52,840 nt of DNA. Source: a virus (taxonomy: Duplodnaviria > Caudoviricetes). The stretch is taken from positions 1 through 52,840 of the IMG/VR virus record IMGVR_UViG_3300042350_002745; one strand, 5' to 3'. Numbering within the stretch: the stretch's first letter is position 1; each line of letters begins with the position of its first letter. The translations under genes were made by a program, and so were the position numbers. Below are positions 1 through 11,625 of this stretch, piece after piece. A model generated the notes under the pieces. That model saw only the letters and a list, made by a program, of their open reading frames with translations. It had not been told where the DNA came from and made no database searches.

Positions 1-91
1 GCCCCCATGCTGGACTAGGGCAGGTGGCAAGGCCACCTGCCCCCATGCTGGACTAGGGCAGGTGGCAAGGCCACCTGCCCCCATGCTGGAC
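1..91. repeat. 38-bp tandem repeat (about 2.4 copies, possibly truncated by the window edge), each unit contributing an 11-bp perfect hairpin
   Basis: GCCCCCATGCTGGACTAGGGCAGGTGGCAAGGCCACCT at 1-38 and 39-76, partial from 77; GGGCAGGTGGC-aag-GCCACCTGCCC at 18-42 and 56-80. Confidence 0.9.
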
Positions 92-267
92 AGTTAGTTT
101 ATCGACCGAACATAAGAAACATTATCGGACCATATAAGCAAAACTGATAGAGGGGGGGGGGGTCGTATCGGGAGAGGGGGGAGGGGATGCCGGAGGCATC
201 CCCCCAGGAGCCGCCCAGCTACGCATATAATTTTCAAAATTTTTAGAAACTCCGGCTTTTCCCACCC

Positions 268-330
268 CGCGACCCGCTTCGCGGGTCGCTCAAGCCAACA
301 CACGCGACCCGCTTCGCGGGTCGCTCAAGC
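268..330. repeat. 28-bp direct repeat (2 copies), each a 9-bp hairpin
   Basis: CGCGACCCGCTTCGCGGGTCGCTCAAGC at 268-295 and 303-330. Confidence 0.9.
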
Positions 331-528
331 AAGCCGATATGGGGATTCCCATATCGTCTCATAGGTGGTTTTCCCGTATGGGAAAACCACCAACCAGACG
401 AAAGGCCCGACATACGAAAGGCTGCCTTACACACAGGCAGTGAATCCGGCTATGCAGAAGGCTGCCCTACATAAGCGACTTCTCGGCCAGCTTGAGGAGC
501 ATAGAACGCGAGATGCGATCCACAAACG

Positions 529-554
529 AAAAAGCCCCGGTAAACCGGGGCTTT
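529..554 (-). terminator. Probable intrinsic terminator
   Basis: AAAGCCCCGGT-aa-ACCGGGGCTTT hairpin with an A-run on the top strand (U-run on minus), downstream of the 608-853 gene. Confidence 0.6.
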
Positions 555-607
555 GCTACAGGACTTGTCGCATTGCTACACGGGGTGTAGCAATGCTGAA
601 TCGAGGG

Positions 608-853
608 TCAGGAAAGGTCGTCTCGGTCGTCGGAGTCCCGATGGAAGATCTGAGCAAATGCCGTATCGACGACCTCGAACCGCTCGGCGGTGGCTTGCCA
701 CCGCTCATTCTGGTAATCCCAGAAGTATTCGAGTTCTTCGTCCTGATCGTCGAGGATAGCCTCTACGTCAGTGAGGCGGCGATTGAGGGAGACGGAGTAG
801 GACCAGAGGGCTAGGAGGGCTACCACTAGGAGTAGGGTGGGGAGGTCGATCAT
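608..853 (-). CDS. Small membrane-anchored hypothetical protein (81 aa)
   Basis: N-terminal hydrophobic segment LPTLLLVVALLALWSY then acidic region; AAGGA upstream of ATG. Confidence 0.65.
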   Translation of the reverse strand: MIDLPTLLLVVALLALWSYSVSLNRRLTDVEAILDDQDEELEYFWDYQNERWQATAERFEVVDTAFAQIFHRDSDDRDDLS

Positions 854-900
854 GGCAGGTTTCCTTATGGGTGGGGGATGGGTTGGGGGGATCTGCCTTT

Positions 901-929
901 AGTGTATCTTAGGTTGGTTGGGTTGTCAC
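901..929 (-). promoter_or_regulatory. Sigma70-like promoter for the 608-853 gene
   Basis: Minus strand GTGACA-17 nt-TACACT, directly after a terminator. Confidence 0.45.
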
Positions 930-936
930 GAAAACG

Positions 937-966
937 AAAAAACCGGCAGGATTAGTGCCGGTTTTT
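937..966. terminator. Bidirectional intrinsic terminator
   Basis: AAAAACCGGCA-ggattag-TGCCGGTTTTT just past the stop of the 994-3450 gene. Confidence 0.75.
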
Positions 967-993
967 GTGGTTGTTGGTGTTGGGCTGGGAGGC

Positions 994-3439
<2,446 letters not shown>

Positions 3440-3450
<11 letters not shown>

Positions 3451-3781
3451 CTGAAATTCTTCCTAACCACTCGGAAAACTCGTTTTCCGAGTAAAAAACC
3501 ACCAAATCGGAGAGATTCGGAGCCTTTAGAGGCTCCGAATTGCCCTGCACACGCAGCAAGACACCCCCTTCAACAAACTCAAGACTTAGTTTCCTACCAG
3601 CACAATCCACACAAAGTGACATCTCCACCGTAACTGCACCTGATTCAAACGCAAGAGTGTATGGAATCAGGGGAACAGGAACCCGAGTGTCCTCGGGTTC
3701 CATCTGCAAAAAGCTCCGAACAAGTTCGAGCTTTGCATGATGATACTGCCCGACAGCGACCAAAATACTTGGATTCAGCAC
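3440..3781 (-). CDS. Hypothetical protein (113 aa)
   Basis: ORF tightly packed between co-oriented neighbours. Confidence 0.6.
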
Positions 3782-3783
3782 TA

Positions 3784-4182
3784 TTACTTCACCTTCCCCT
3801 TGCCATCGTAGGCATCTGCGATGCCTTGCGAGTACAAATCGTAGTTGACGCTGTAATTCTCACCCAATTCGAGTGCCTCTACCGATAGGTAGAGGCACAC
3901 CAAGTACCGACCGTATTTCTCTCGACGGTCTTTGACCGTCTCGATCCATACTTGCGATCCCTTAGGAAGTACCGACTGCAAGAAAGCCTTGGCTTTCTTG
4001 CCGTCCTCAGTACGGATTTCGGGGGTGTTGATGCCTTTAAGCCGCATCTTCTCCCGAGAGTAGTTGTCTCGGCCATCGTCGATCATCAGAACGACGGTAT
4101 CGCCGTCCGTGACTTCCACTACCGTCGCTCTGCGACGGTAGAGCCACGTCGGATCAGGCACTTTGGCTGCTTTCTTTGGCAT
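3784..4182 (-). CDS. Thermonuclease (staphylococcal nuclease-like)
   Basis: VVEVTDGDTV...MRLKGINTPE...EKYGRYL motifs of the SNase fold. Confidence 0.85.
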   Translation of the reverse strand: MPKKAAKVPDPTWLYRRRATVVEVTDGDTVVLMIDDGRDNYSREKMRLKGINTPEIRTEDGKKAKAFLQSVLPKGSQVWIETVKDRREKYGRYLVCLYLSVEALELGENYSVNYDLYSQGIADAYDGKGKVK

Positions 4183-4808
4183 TACCGCGATTCCCCCTTC
4201 TTGCGAAGCTGGGGGAACATCGCATGAAGCCGAGTGACAAAATCCCCAATCTTGACGAGGCTCGATGTATGCGCATGACGGTGGAACTCGTCCATGAAGC
4301 TATCGGCCAGTTCCTCGGAAATCACATCTGCCACCGGGGCAAGCCCCACCATCAGATTGATCTTGGCGTACAGTTTTCGCGTAGCGAAAAGTGCCCGGTC
4401 AATGAATTTTGCGTTCTCAGTCGGAAATCCAATGGCGGTGGCTGTAATAGCACCGGCAGGGTCACATCGGACGATCTTCTTTGCAAGAAGATCGCCGATT
4501 AGCGACAAAGTGTCCTCCAACAGTTGAATTTCAGCGTCGTTCGAGGGCTCCACATTCTGCCTAGCCAACCACATCCCACCTTCGATGGCGTTGAAAAAGA
4601 CGTGGGAGTATTCGATGTTTCGTTGATAGTTCGCAGGTGACTTGTCGGGATCGGCGTATTCGTCGAGGGCGGCGACGCTCGCGGCCAAGCCGCGAGCGAA
4701 CGCCGTCATAGCATTTAGCATCCCCCCAGGCGTGGAAAAATCCACGACGTTCAAAACAAGGTGGTCAACGGCAAGTTCGATCTCAGATCGAGGTTCTTCG
4801 ACAATCAT
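4182..4808 (-). CDS. Hypothetical protein (208 aa)
   Basis: Long ORF with stop overlapping the next start (TAATG). Confidence 0.7.
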   Translation of the reverse strand: MIVEEPRSEIELAVDHLVLNVVDFSTPGGMLNAMTAFARGLAASVAALDEYADPDKSPANYQRNIEYSHVFFNAIEGGMWLARQNVEPSNDAEIQLLEDTLSLIGDLLAKKIVRCDPAGAITATAIGFPTENAKFIDRALFATRKLYAKINLMVGLAPVADVISEELADSFMDEFHRHAHTSSLVKIGDFVTRLHAMFPQLRKKGESR

Positions 4809-4857
4809 AGTAACCTTTCGTGTGCAAATGCGCCTTGAAGTAAGGCTTTACGAAGGG

Positions 4858-5319
4858 TTATACGCTTTTGGTGGCCTTCTTTTTGGTAGATTCCCTTCGG
4901 GCATCTTCCAAAATCTCGTCCTCCTCGTCGGCGCATTCTTGCAGAAGCTCCTCCTGAGGCCATTCCCCTTTCCACAAAACCACGTTCACGAACAAGTCTT
5001 TCAGACTTGTTCCCGTCAGCACGATCTTCCCTTCGGAAGATCGTAGCCGCCAAACGCCGTCGTTTTCCAAGGAAAACGACGACCTGTGCTGCCGGACCTC
5101 TGCTTCGAGCAGGCCGAAGCAGGGGTAGAAGGAGTCGGCGTAGCGATCCGCTACGCCGACCCAGTGGATGAACCGCTTGCAGACGTACCGAACGTCGGTG
5201 TCGGTGCTTTTGGAGAGGATCAGACGAGCCTTACGCTCGTCCTCGGCCATTTCGTGCCTTGTTGGGGGTTCGACCATCGGATTGCTTGGGGTTGGTGGAA
5301 AATCTTGTAGATTAGGCAA
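4858..5319 (-). CDS. Hypothetical protein (up to 153 aa; start uncertain)
   Basis: ORF divergent from terL; phage-like composition. Confidence 0.6.
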   Translation of the reverse strand: MPNLQDFPPTPSNPMVEPPTRHEMAEDERKARLILSKSTDTDVRYVCKRFIHWVGVADRYADSFYPCFGLLEAEVRQHRSSFSLENDGVWRLRSSEGKIVLTGTSLKDLFVNVVLWKGEWPQEELLQECADEEDEILEDARRESTKKKATKSV

Positions 5320-5323
5320 ACTA

Positions 5324-6778
5324 ATGGTATCTTACTTCGTATCAGAATTCTGTCTACAGGGCCATTTTGTGAAATTCGACTACTACGAACTCCTCGCCTC
5401 GACTTGTCGCGACTCGTATTTCGAGTTCGTGAAGCAGTTTTGGCATACGATTGTCAAAGATCCCTTGGTGTGCAACTGGCACATCAAGTACCTTTGCGAC
5501 GAAATCCAAGAATCCCTTGAACGGGTCTTTCGAGGCGAGAACAGCACACACGACCTTTTGGTCAATATCGCCCCCGGAACGTCGAAGTCCACTTTGTTCT
5601 CGGTGATGCTCACCCCTTGGGCATGGACTCGGATGCCCCACTTCCGGATGATCGGGGCGTCCTACACGGACGCCCTAGCACTTGACTTGTCGGGAAGATC
5701 CCGACAAGTGGTTGAAAGTGCGCTGTATCAGCGCACTTTCCCCGATATTCGCTTGAGCAAAGACACAAATTCCAAAAGCCACTGGGCCAACACCCGAGGC
5801 GGCGACCGCTACGCAGTTGCGGTAGGCGGCTCGGTAATGGGTATGCACGCTCACGGCATCGTTGTCGACGATCCCATCGACCCCAAAGGGGTCCGATCAA
5901 AGGCAGACCTTGAAACGGCCAACACTTGGTGCAAGGAAACGATCCCTTCGCGTAAGGTCAACAAAGACCTTACGCCGACGTTCGTGGTCATGCAAAGGCT
6001 ACACCAAGACGACCCAAGTGAGCTATACATCGCGCGGGGCGTTCGGCACATCTGTGTCCCCGGCGAGGACACCCCGAAGATCAACCCACCTGAACTTCGT
6101 GCTAGGTATCAGAATGGTTTATTCGACCCGGTACGACTGTCACGGTCTGTTTTGGCCCGAATGCAGACTGAACTCGGCCAGTTCGGCTACTCAGGTCAGA
6201 TCCTCCAAGACCCCATCCCCCTCGGTGGAGGGATGTTCAAGCCTGAGCGAATCAAAATCGTTGAACACCCGCCCGGAGTCGATTCCTTCCAGAAGATTGT
6301 GCGTTACTACGACAAAGCCGCTACTGATGGTGGCGGGGACTACACAGTAGGCGTTAAGATGGGATTGCATAAGGATGGCTCATATTGGATTTTGGATATA
6401 ATTAGAGGGCAATGGGAATCAGATGATCGCGAGCGACAGATTGTCGCCTGCGCTCATAGGGATGGAAAATCCGTCCGGATTGGGATTGAACGCGAGCCGG
6501 GGTCGTCAGGTGTGGATTCTGTGAAGGATTCCGTCAAACGGCTATCCGGATTTCGCGTTTATCCCAATTTAGCTTCTGGTAAGAAAACCCTCCGGGCAGA
6601 CACGTTCAGCGTTCAGGTGAACGCTGGGAACGTGTACATGGTCAAGGGGGCCTACAACGCAGCCTACCTCGAAGAACTCGCATACTTCCCGAACGGGAAG
6701 CATGACGACCAAGTGGACGCAAGCTCAGGGGCATTCTCGATGCTCGATAAACAACGCACCCGATTGGGAATTCTATGA
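5324..6778 (+). CDS. terL: Terminase large subunit (start 5324 ATG or 5369 GTG)
   Basis: Walker A-like NIAPGTSKS, Walker B IVVDDP, MQRLH motif, nuclease motifs YYDKAA, DYTVG, HDDQVDA; directly precedes portal. Confidence 0.95.
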   Translation: MVSYFVSEFCLQGHFVKFDYYELLASTCRDSYFEFVKQFWHTIVKDPLVCNWHIKYLCDEIQESLERVFRGENSTHDLLVNIAPGTSKSTLFSVMLTPWAWTRMPHFRMIGASYTDALALDLSGRSRQVVESALYQRTFPDIRLSKDTNSKSHWANTRGGDRYAVAVGGSVMGMHAHGIVVDDPIDPKGVRSKADLETANTWCKETIPSRKVNKDLTPTFVVMQRLHQDDPSELYIARGVRHICVPGEDTPKINPPELRARYQNGLFDPVRLSRSVLARMQTELGQFGYSGQILQDPIPLGGGMFKPERIKIVEHPPGVDSFQKIVRYYDKAATDGGGDYTVGVKMGLHKDGSYWILDIIRGQWESDDRERQIVACAHRDGKSVRIGIEREPGSSGVDSVKDSVKRLSGFRVYPNLASGKKTLRADTFSVQVNAGNVYMVKGAYNAAYLEELAYFPNGKHDDQVDASSGAFSMLDKQRTRLGIL

Positions 6779-8298
6779 GATCCATTGATACGCTAGTCAA
6801 CAATGCCCTGCTGTCCCGAGCCGCATTCTACAACAGCCTGCTCGACGGCAAGACTGAGAAACGCGACATCGACCAAGAGGCGGGGTATCCGGATGTCATC
6901 ACAACTGACGACTACGTCCAGATGTATCGGCGTCAAGACATCGCACAGCGGGTCGTGACGCTCGAACCCGAGGAATCCTGGTCCGAGTACCCCGACATCT
7001 ACGAAACCGACGAAGGCCGTGAAACGGCCTTCGAGAAGGCCATTTCCAAATTTGTCGTGGAGACGAGTCTCCACGAATACTTGGCGAAGGTCGATGCCAT
7101 ATCTGGTATCGGCCAGTACGCTGTGTTGTTCATCGGCGTGGACGACGGCTTAGACTTTGACGCACCTGCCCCCGGTTTTACCGAGGACAGGATCGCGGAA
7201 TCGCGAGGAGCCGCCAAAGTCCTCTACTACCGAGTGTTCGATCAGTCGGCGGCTCGGATCTCCGAGTGGGAACGGGACCGTACCAACCCTCGGTACGGCC
7301 TACCGAAGATGTACGAGTTGGACTTCCAAGACACGATTGACGCCACCCTCGACAAGAATGCCACCCCAGTTACCGATACCGTCCAAGTCCACTGGTCGCG
7401 AGTCGTCCACGTAGCGGACACTCGCTTAACCACCAGCGAAATCTTCGGTTTCCCTCGAATGGAGGCGGTTTTCAACCGCCTCTACGACGTGCGAAAGATC
7501 AACGTGGCCTCCGGGGAAGCCTACTACAAGGGAGGCTTCCCAGGGTATGCCTTCGAGGTTGATCCGCAGAATGGGGAATTGGCCGACGAAGATCGCGAAG
7601 CGATCAAGGAGGAGATCTTCAAGTACGAGAACGGGCTGTCTCGATACTTCGCAGGTGTGGGCGTCGAGGTCAAGCCTCTAGCCCCCACCCTAGTAGCTCC
7701 GACGCCGTTTATCGACAACGCGCTGCGAATGATCGCAGCGGCCAAGGGATACCCAATCACGAAGCTGGTTGGCAACTACGGCGGGAATCAGACCAACGAG
7801 CAGGACGAGATCGCTTGGCGAAACAAGATCGCCCAGCGTCGAGAGTTGTTCGTCACCCCGAAGATCATTCGGGCGACGATCAACAAGATCCAACAAATGG
7901 GGGCTTTGCCCCCAACCAAGACCGTAGGAGGCTCGCCGAGGCCCTACATCGTCAAGTGGAAGCCACTTGCCGAGATGACCGAAGCTGAGAAGGCAGAAAT
8001 CGGACTCAAGCGTACCGAAGCCCTGGCTCGGTACACCACCGCCGGTTCCGAGGCCGTCATCCCACTGATCGATTGGCTCACGAAGATCATGGGGTTGCGG
8101 TTCGAGGAAGCCGAGGCGATAGCCAAGGCCGAGCGAACCGAGTTCTCGCCAGTTCTGAAAGAACTGGCTGCTGGCCTCTCAGGCCAGCAGAACAACACCC
8201 CGTCGAGCATTCCCGCTGTTCCCAAGCCTGGGAACACCAAAGACCCCAGTAAGACCCCCAAGAACGTAGTCCAAAAGGAGAAACCGAAGAATGGTTAA
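6775..8298 (+). CDS. Portal protein (DUF1073-like)
   Basis: 507 aa after TerL; DRTNPRYGLPKMY and VHWSRV motifs typical of this portal family. Confidence 0.85.
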   Translation: MRSIDTLVNNALLSRAAFYNSLLDGKTEKRDIDQEAGYPDVITTDDYVQMYRRQDIAQRVVTLEPEESWSEYPDIYETDEGRETAFEKAISKFVVETSLHEYLAKVDAISGIGQYAVLFIGVDDGLDFDAPAPGFTEDRIAESRGAAKVLYYRVFDQSAARISEWERDRTNPRYGLPKMYELDFQDTIDATLDKNATPVTDTVQVHWSRVVHVADTRLTTSEIFGFPRMEAVFNRLYDVRKINVASGEAYYKGGFPGYAFEVDPQNGELADEDREAIKEEIFKYENGLSRYFAGVGVEVKPLAPTLVAPTPFIDNALRMIAAAKGYPITKLVGNYGGNQTNEQDEIAWRNKIAQRRELFVTPKIIRATINKIQQMGALPPTKTVGGSPRPYIVKWKPLAEMTEAEKAEIGLKRTEALARYTTAGSEAVIPLIDWLTKIMGLRFEEAEAIAKAERTEFSPVLKELAAGLSGQQNNTPSSIPAVPKPGNTKDPSKTPKNVVQKEKPKNG

Positions 8299-8671
8299 TT
8301 TCAACCCAGACCTCGCCGCCGAAGTCGTCGAACTACTGGAGCAAGGCGAGGTTTTCCTCGGCTCCGCTCGACTGAAAACCCTCGCGCGCGAGGCACAGCT
8401 TGAGGCTTGTTGTCAAGCCCCCTGCGCCGAAAATTGCGATCATTGTAGCATAAGTTATAATGATTCAGTGTTGGCGTTGCGTCAGCTACTCGCTGACGCA
8501 AAGACCGCTCCCTTCGGTCAAGCCTACGGGGAAATCTTCCCCAAGTTCATCTGCATCGCCTCCAAGGCTTTCAAGGGAATCGAACTCCCACCGCAGGAAT
8601 CTCAAGATGGAAACACTGGTAGCGAACCTCGCAGCGAGCAAAGTTCAGCGCAAGACCCTAGCGGGTCGTAG
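8291..8671 (+). CDS. Hypothetical protein (126 aa) with a Cys cluster, overlapping the protease gene start
   Basis: ATG overlaps portal end; CCQAPCAENCDHC cluster. Confidence 0.5.
   Translation: MVNFNPDLAAEVVELLEQGEVFLGSARLKTLAREAQLEACCQAPCAENCDHCSISYNDSVLALRQLLADAKTAPFGQAYGEIFPKFICIASKAFKGIELPPQESQDGNTGSEPRSEQSSAQDPSGS
8434..8461 (+). promoter_or_regulatory. Possible sigma70-like promoter upstream of head genes
   Basis: TTGCGA-16 nt-TATAAT in a locally AT-rich patch. Confidence 0.35.
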
Positions 8672-9773
8672 CTACCTCGTAGCCCCCGTGGCGATGATCG
8701 TTGAGGGGGTGTTCACTGGTAATCAAGGAGCCGTTCTGTACGAACGATCCGAGATTACCAAGTCCGTCTCCTCTTGGAACCACAAGCCCATCACGGTTGG
8801 TCACCCTAAGCAGGGTGACCAATTCGTATCGGGATGCCTGCCCGATGCCATCGAGAACTACAGCGTTGGCATGATTCTCAACACGTCGTTCAACGGCAGC
8901 ACGAAGAAACTTCGTGCTGATGCGTGGTTCGACGAATCCCGTTTGGATGTCGTGCCCGGAGGGCACGCCATCAAGGCGGCTCTTGCGAAGCAAGAGCCGA
9001 TGGAGGTTTCCACCGGCCTGTTTGTCGACAAGGAAATCACTTCCGGCCAGCACAATGGCAAGGAATACTCAGGGAAAGCTCGCAACTTCCGGCCCGATCA
9101 CCTTGCGGTGATCGTCAACGGAGTGGGGGCCTGTTCCGTCAAAGACGGAGCAGGGCTGCTAGTAAACAAAGAGCCTGTCAATCCAGAATCCGAGAAAAAT
9201 TTGGCGGATTCTGACACGGGTGGTAAACTATTAGAGAATCGAATACAAGAAGTTCGAGAATCAAAACCTCTTATAGTCAATGAGCAGGTCAAAATGAAAC
9301 GCGACGAAATCCTCGCCGTAATCGGCGAATCCCACAAAGAATTTGTGACCAACCTCTCCGACGATCAGGTTACGGCCTTGGCGAAGTTGCAGCGAACCGT
9401 GACTGTTGAAATCCCGGTGGTCAACGAAGCTCCGAAGAATCTCAACGAGTTGCTTGCATCGGCCCCTGCCGAGGTCAAAGCGAAGATCGAAGAAGCCTTC
9501 GCCGTCAACACCGCACATCGCGATGGCTTGATCGACAAGATCGTAGCCAACGAGAGGAACCAGTTCAGCAGGGACGAACTCGCAGCGTTGCCTACGGCAA
9601 CGCTCGACAAGATGGCAGTCTTTGCGGTCAACGCCGCTCCTGCTCCTGCCGCTGGCTCCGCACCCGCTCCGGCCCCACGATACGCCGGATCGGCTGCCCC
9701 TTCCGATCCAAAGCCTTCGACCGCTGCGGTCAAAGGCTTCTTGCCTCCGTCCACCTTCTCCGCAAAGGCTTAG
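8607..9773 (+). CDS. Prohead protease/scaffold fusion (DUF2213-like)
   Basis: WNHKPITVGHP, EVSTGL, PDHLAV...GACS motifs; helical Ala/Pro-rich C-terminal half; RBS-like CAGGA before ATG 8607. Confidence 0.85.
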   Translation: METLVANLAASKVQRKTLAGRSYLVAPVAMIVEGVFTGNQGAVLYERSEITKSVSSWNHKPITVGHPKQGDQFVSGCLPDAIENYSVGMILNTSFNGSTKKLRADAWFDESRLDVVPGGHAIKAALAKQEPMEVSTGLFVDKEITSGQHNGKEYSGKARNFRPDHLAVIVNGVGACSVKDGAGLLVNKEPVNPESEKNLADSDTGGKLLENRIQEVRESKPLIVNEQVKMKRDEILAVIGESHKEFVTNLSDDQVTALAKLQRTVTVEIPVVNEAPKNLNELLASAPAEVKAKIEEAFAVNTAHRDGLIDKIVANERNQFSRDELAALPTATLDKMAVFAVNAAPAPAAGSAPAPAPRYAGSAAPSDPKPSTAAVKGFLPPSTFSAKA

Positions 9774-9779
9774 TGACAC

Positions 9780-10214
9780 ATGACTATTGCTCTCGCACAA
9801 ACGATTCGACTGGCTGGGCCTGATGGAGTCCAAGAGGAGTTCTTGGTTGCTTCTGGCGCGACTCTCAAACCAGGGATGCTTGTTCGCCGCACCACGGCGA
9901 CCGCTTGCAACGTCCACGCCACTTCGGGCGGGGACGGCGCAACCTTGATTCTCCACGAAGATGCCTTGCAAGGCTTAGGAGTCAATGACTCCGCCGCCGA
10001 GGGTACTCGCGTGTACGCCGAGTACGTGGTTCCCGGAGCCAAGCGATACGCTCGCCTCAAGGCGAGCGAAAACGTCGCAGTTGGGGATAACTTGATCTCC
10101 GGCGGAGACGGAACCCTCATCAAAACTACCGGTTCCCCAGTCAAGGTCTTTGCGATCTGCGAGGAAGCCTCGAACGTCGCAACCCAAGAACTGATCCAAG
10201 TTCGCTTCATCTAG
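9780..10214 (+). CDS. Head decoration/cement protein
   Basis: Between protease and MCP; LKPGMLV...VAVGDNLISGGDGTL pattern. Confidence 0.7.
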   Translation: MTIALAQTIRLAGPDGVQEEFLVASGATLKPGMLVRRTTATACNVHATSGGDGATLILHEDALQGLGVNDSAAEGTRVYAEYVVPGAKRYARLKASENVAVGDNLISGGDGTLIKTTGSPVKVFAICEEASNVATQELIQVRFI

Positions 10215-10235
10215 TAGTAAGGACTACCGACTCTC

Positions 10236-11315
10236 ATGGAAAACATTGAATTTGTTTTGAACAACCAATCGTCGGGAAGTATGGCGTCCCAGTTGCTCGC
10301 AACTGGGTTCGACACCAACGTCCTCCGCCCATTCGTGGGAGCCGATGGTCGAAGCTACATCAACCACGCCACTGGCGAAGTCGATGACAACGGGAACCCC
10401 GTTGTCAAGGCTTACGTCACCAACGCCGGGGCAACCTTGCGTAAGGACGAGTGGGAGTACCTTGACGACGTAGTCGTCAAAGCGGCTCGCAAGCGACTCA
10501 AGATCGTCAACTGGCTTCGAGGCTCCGGCCTCTCGGTCAACTTGCCGAACGGGTTCGGCAAGACGGTTTACCAATACGAACGTCAGAGCGACATTAGTGC
10601 CGCTCGGGTGTCGATGGATGCCTTGGCTCCCGGAGACAACGACCGTCCGACCTATGATCTCGTCAACCTACCGTTGCCGATCATCCACAAAGAAGTGACG
10701 ATGTCGAGCCGTCAGTTGGCTACCAGCCGAAGCGGCAACACGCCGCTTGACGTTACGATGTTGGAACAGGCCGCGATCAAAGTCGCCGAAGAAGCCGAAA
10801 AGCTCCACTTGGGAACCTTCGGTACGTTCACCTTCGGTGGGGCAACCCTCTACGGGTTGACCAACTTCCCGAACCGGATTACCGGTTCGGCGGCTGATCC
10901 CGCAGGCGGAAGTTGGGTTCCCAACGACACCTATACCAACGTGATCGCGATGATCCAAGCAGCTTATGACAAGCTGCACTACGGGCCGTTCAAGCTGTGG
11001 TACTCGACGGGCTTCATGCAATACATGATGCGTCCGTTCTCCACCAGCTACGATTCGACCTCGTTGCTAAGAATGATCGAGCAGATCCCGCAAATTTCGA
11101 GCGTCGAAGTCTGCGATTACCTCACCGGCAAGCAACTGTTGCTTGTCCAAGAGGATTCCAGCACCGTTCGCACCATCATCGGAATGGACATTCAAACCGT
11201 CCAATGGCAAGAGCGCGGCGGCTTGCTTGAGAAGTTCCGAGTAATGGCAATGATGGTCCCGCAGATGAAAGTTGACATCAACTCCAACTGCGGAATCGTC
11301 CACTACAGCGTCTAA
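10236..11315 (+). CDS. Major capsid protein (HK97 fold, encapsulin/linocin-like family)
   Basis: 359 aa; EWEYLDDVVVKAAR, PLPIIHKE, GLTNFPNR, YGPFKL motifs; position; followed by terminator. Confidence 0.9.
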   Translation: MENIEFVLNNQSSGSMASQLLATGFDTNVLRPFVGADGRSYINHATGEVDDNGNPVVKAYVTNAGATLRKDEWEYLDDVVVKAARKRLKIVNWLRGSGLSVNLPNGFGKTVYQYERQSDISAARVSMDALAPGDNDRPTYDLVNLPLPIIHKEVTMSSRQLATSRSGNTPLDVTMLEQAAIKVAEEAEKLHLGTFGTFTFGGATLYGLTNFPNRITGSAADPAGGSWVPNDTYTNVIAMIQAAYDKLHYGPFKLWYSTGFMQYMMRPFSTSYDSTSLLRMIEQIPQISSVEVCDYLTGKQLLLVQEDSSTVRTIIGMDIQTVQWQERGGLLEKFRVMAMMVPQMKVDINSNCGIVHYSV

Positions 11316-11346
11316 CGCTGTAGCGACAATCTGACCACCCGCTGCA

Positions 11347-11391
11347 CCCCGACTGTACGCTAAGCCCTTGCGTGCAGTCGGGGTTTCTTTT
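11347..11391 (+). terminator. Intrinsic terminator after MCP
   Basis: CCCCGACTGTACGC/GCGTGCAGTCGGGG stem followed by TTTCTTTT. Confidence 0.75.
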
Positions 11392-11415
11392 CGCAAGGGC
11401 TTAGGGCTTTAGCTC

Positions 11416-11625
11416 ATGGCTAGCTATGAATTGCTTGAAGGATCACACGTCATCCAGAACGAGCCTGTCTCGTTCGCAAAGAAGGGTGACATCGTCGAAT
11501 CCGACCGCGACCTCGTCGCGGTCTTTGGAAAACAGAAGTTCAAATTGGTCGAGGGCGAGAAGAAGCCCGAATTGGTGGAGGGCGAGAAGAAGCCCGAACC
11601 CAAGAAAGGCGGGAAGGCAGAGTAA
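11416..11625 (+). CDS. Small hypothetical protein (69 aa) with a duplicated LVEGEKKPE
   Basis: 27-bp tandem duplication; stop overlaps next start. Confidence 0.7.
   Translation: MASYELLEGSHVIQNEPVSFAKKGDIVESDRDLVAVFGKQKFKLVEGEKKPELVEGEKKPEPKKGGKAE

Noticed and set aside
1-330. CRISPR array from the 38-bp and 28-bp palindromic repeats
   Set aside because: The 38-bp units abut with no spacers, the 28-bp pair is separated by only 7 bp, and no cas genes are seen.
365-814. 149-aa plus-strand ORF
   Set aside because: Runs through several hairpins and antisense to the better supported 608-853 gene.
5168-5323. N-terminal extension of TerL in the ORF track
   Set aside because: Overlaps the opposite-strand 4858-5319 ORF and lacks terminase-like sequence; a later start is more plausible.
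10236-11315. Bacterial encapsulin nanocompartment operon
   Set aside because: Context of terminase, portal, protease, neck and tail genes shows it is a phage capsid.
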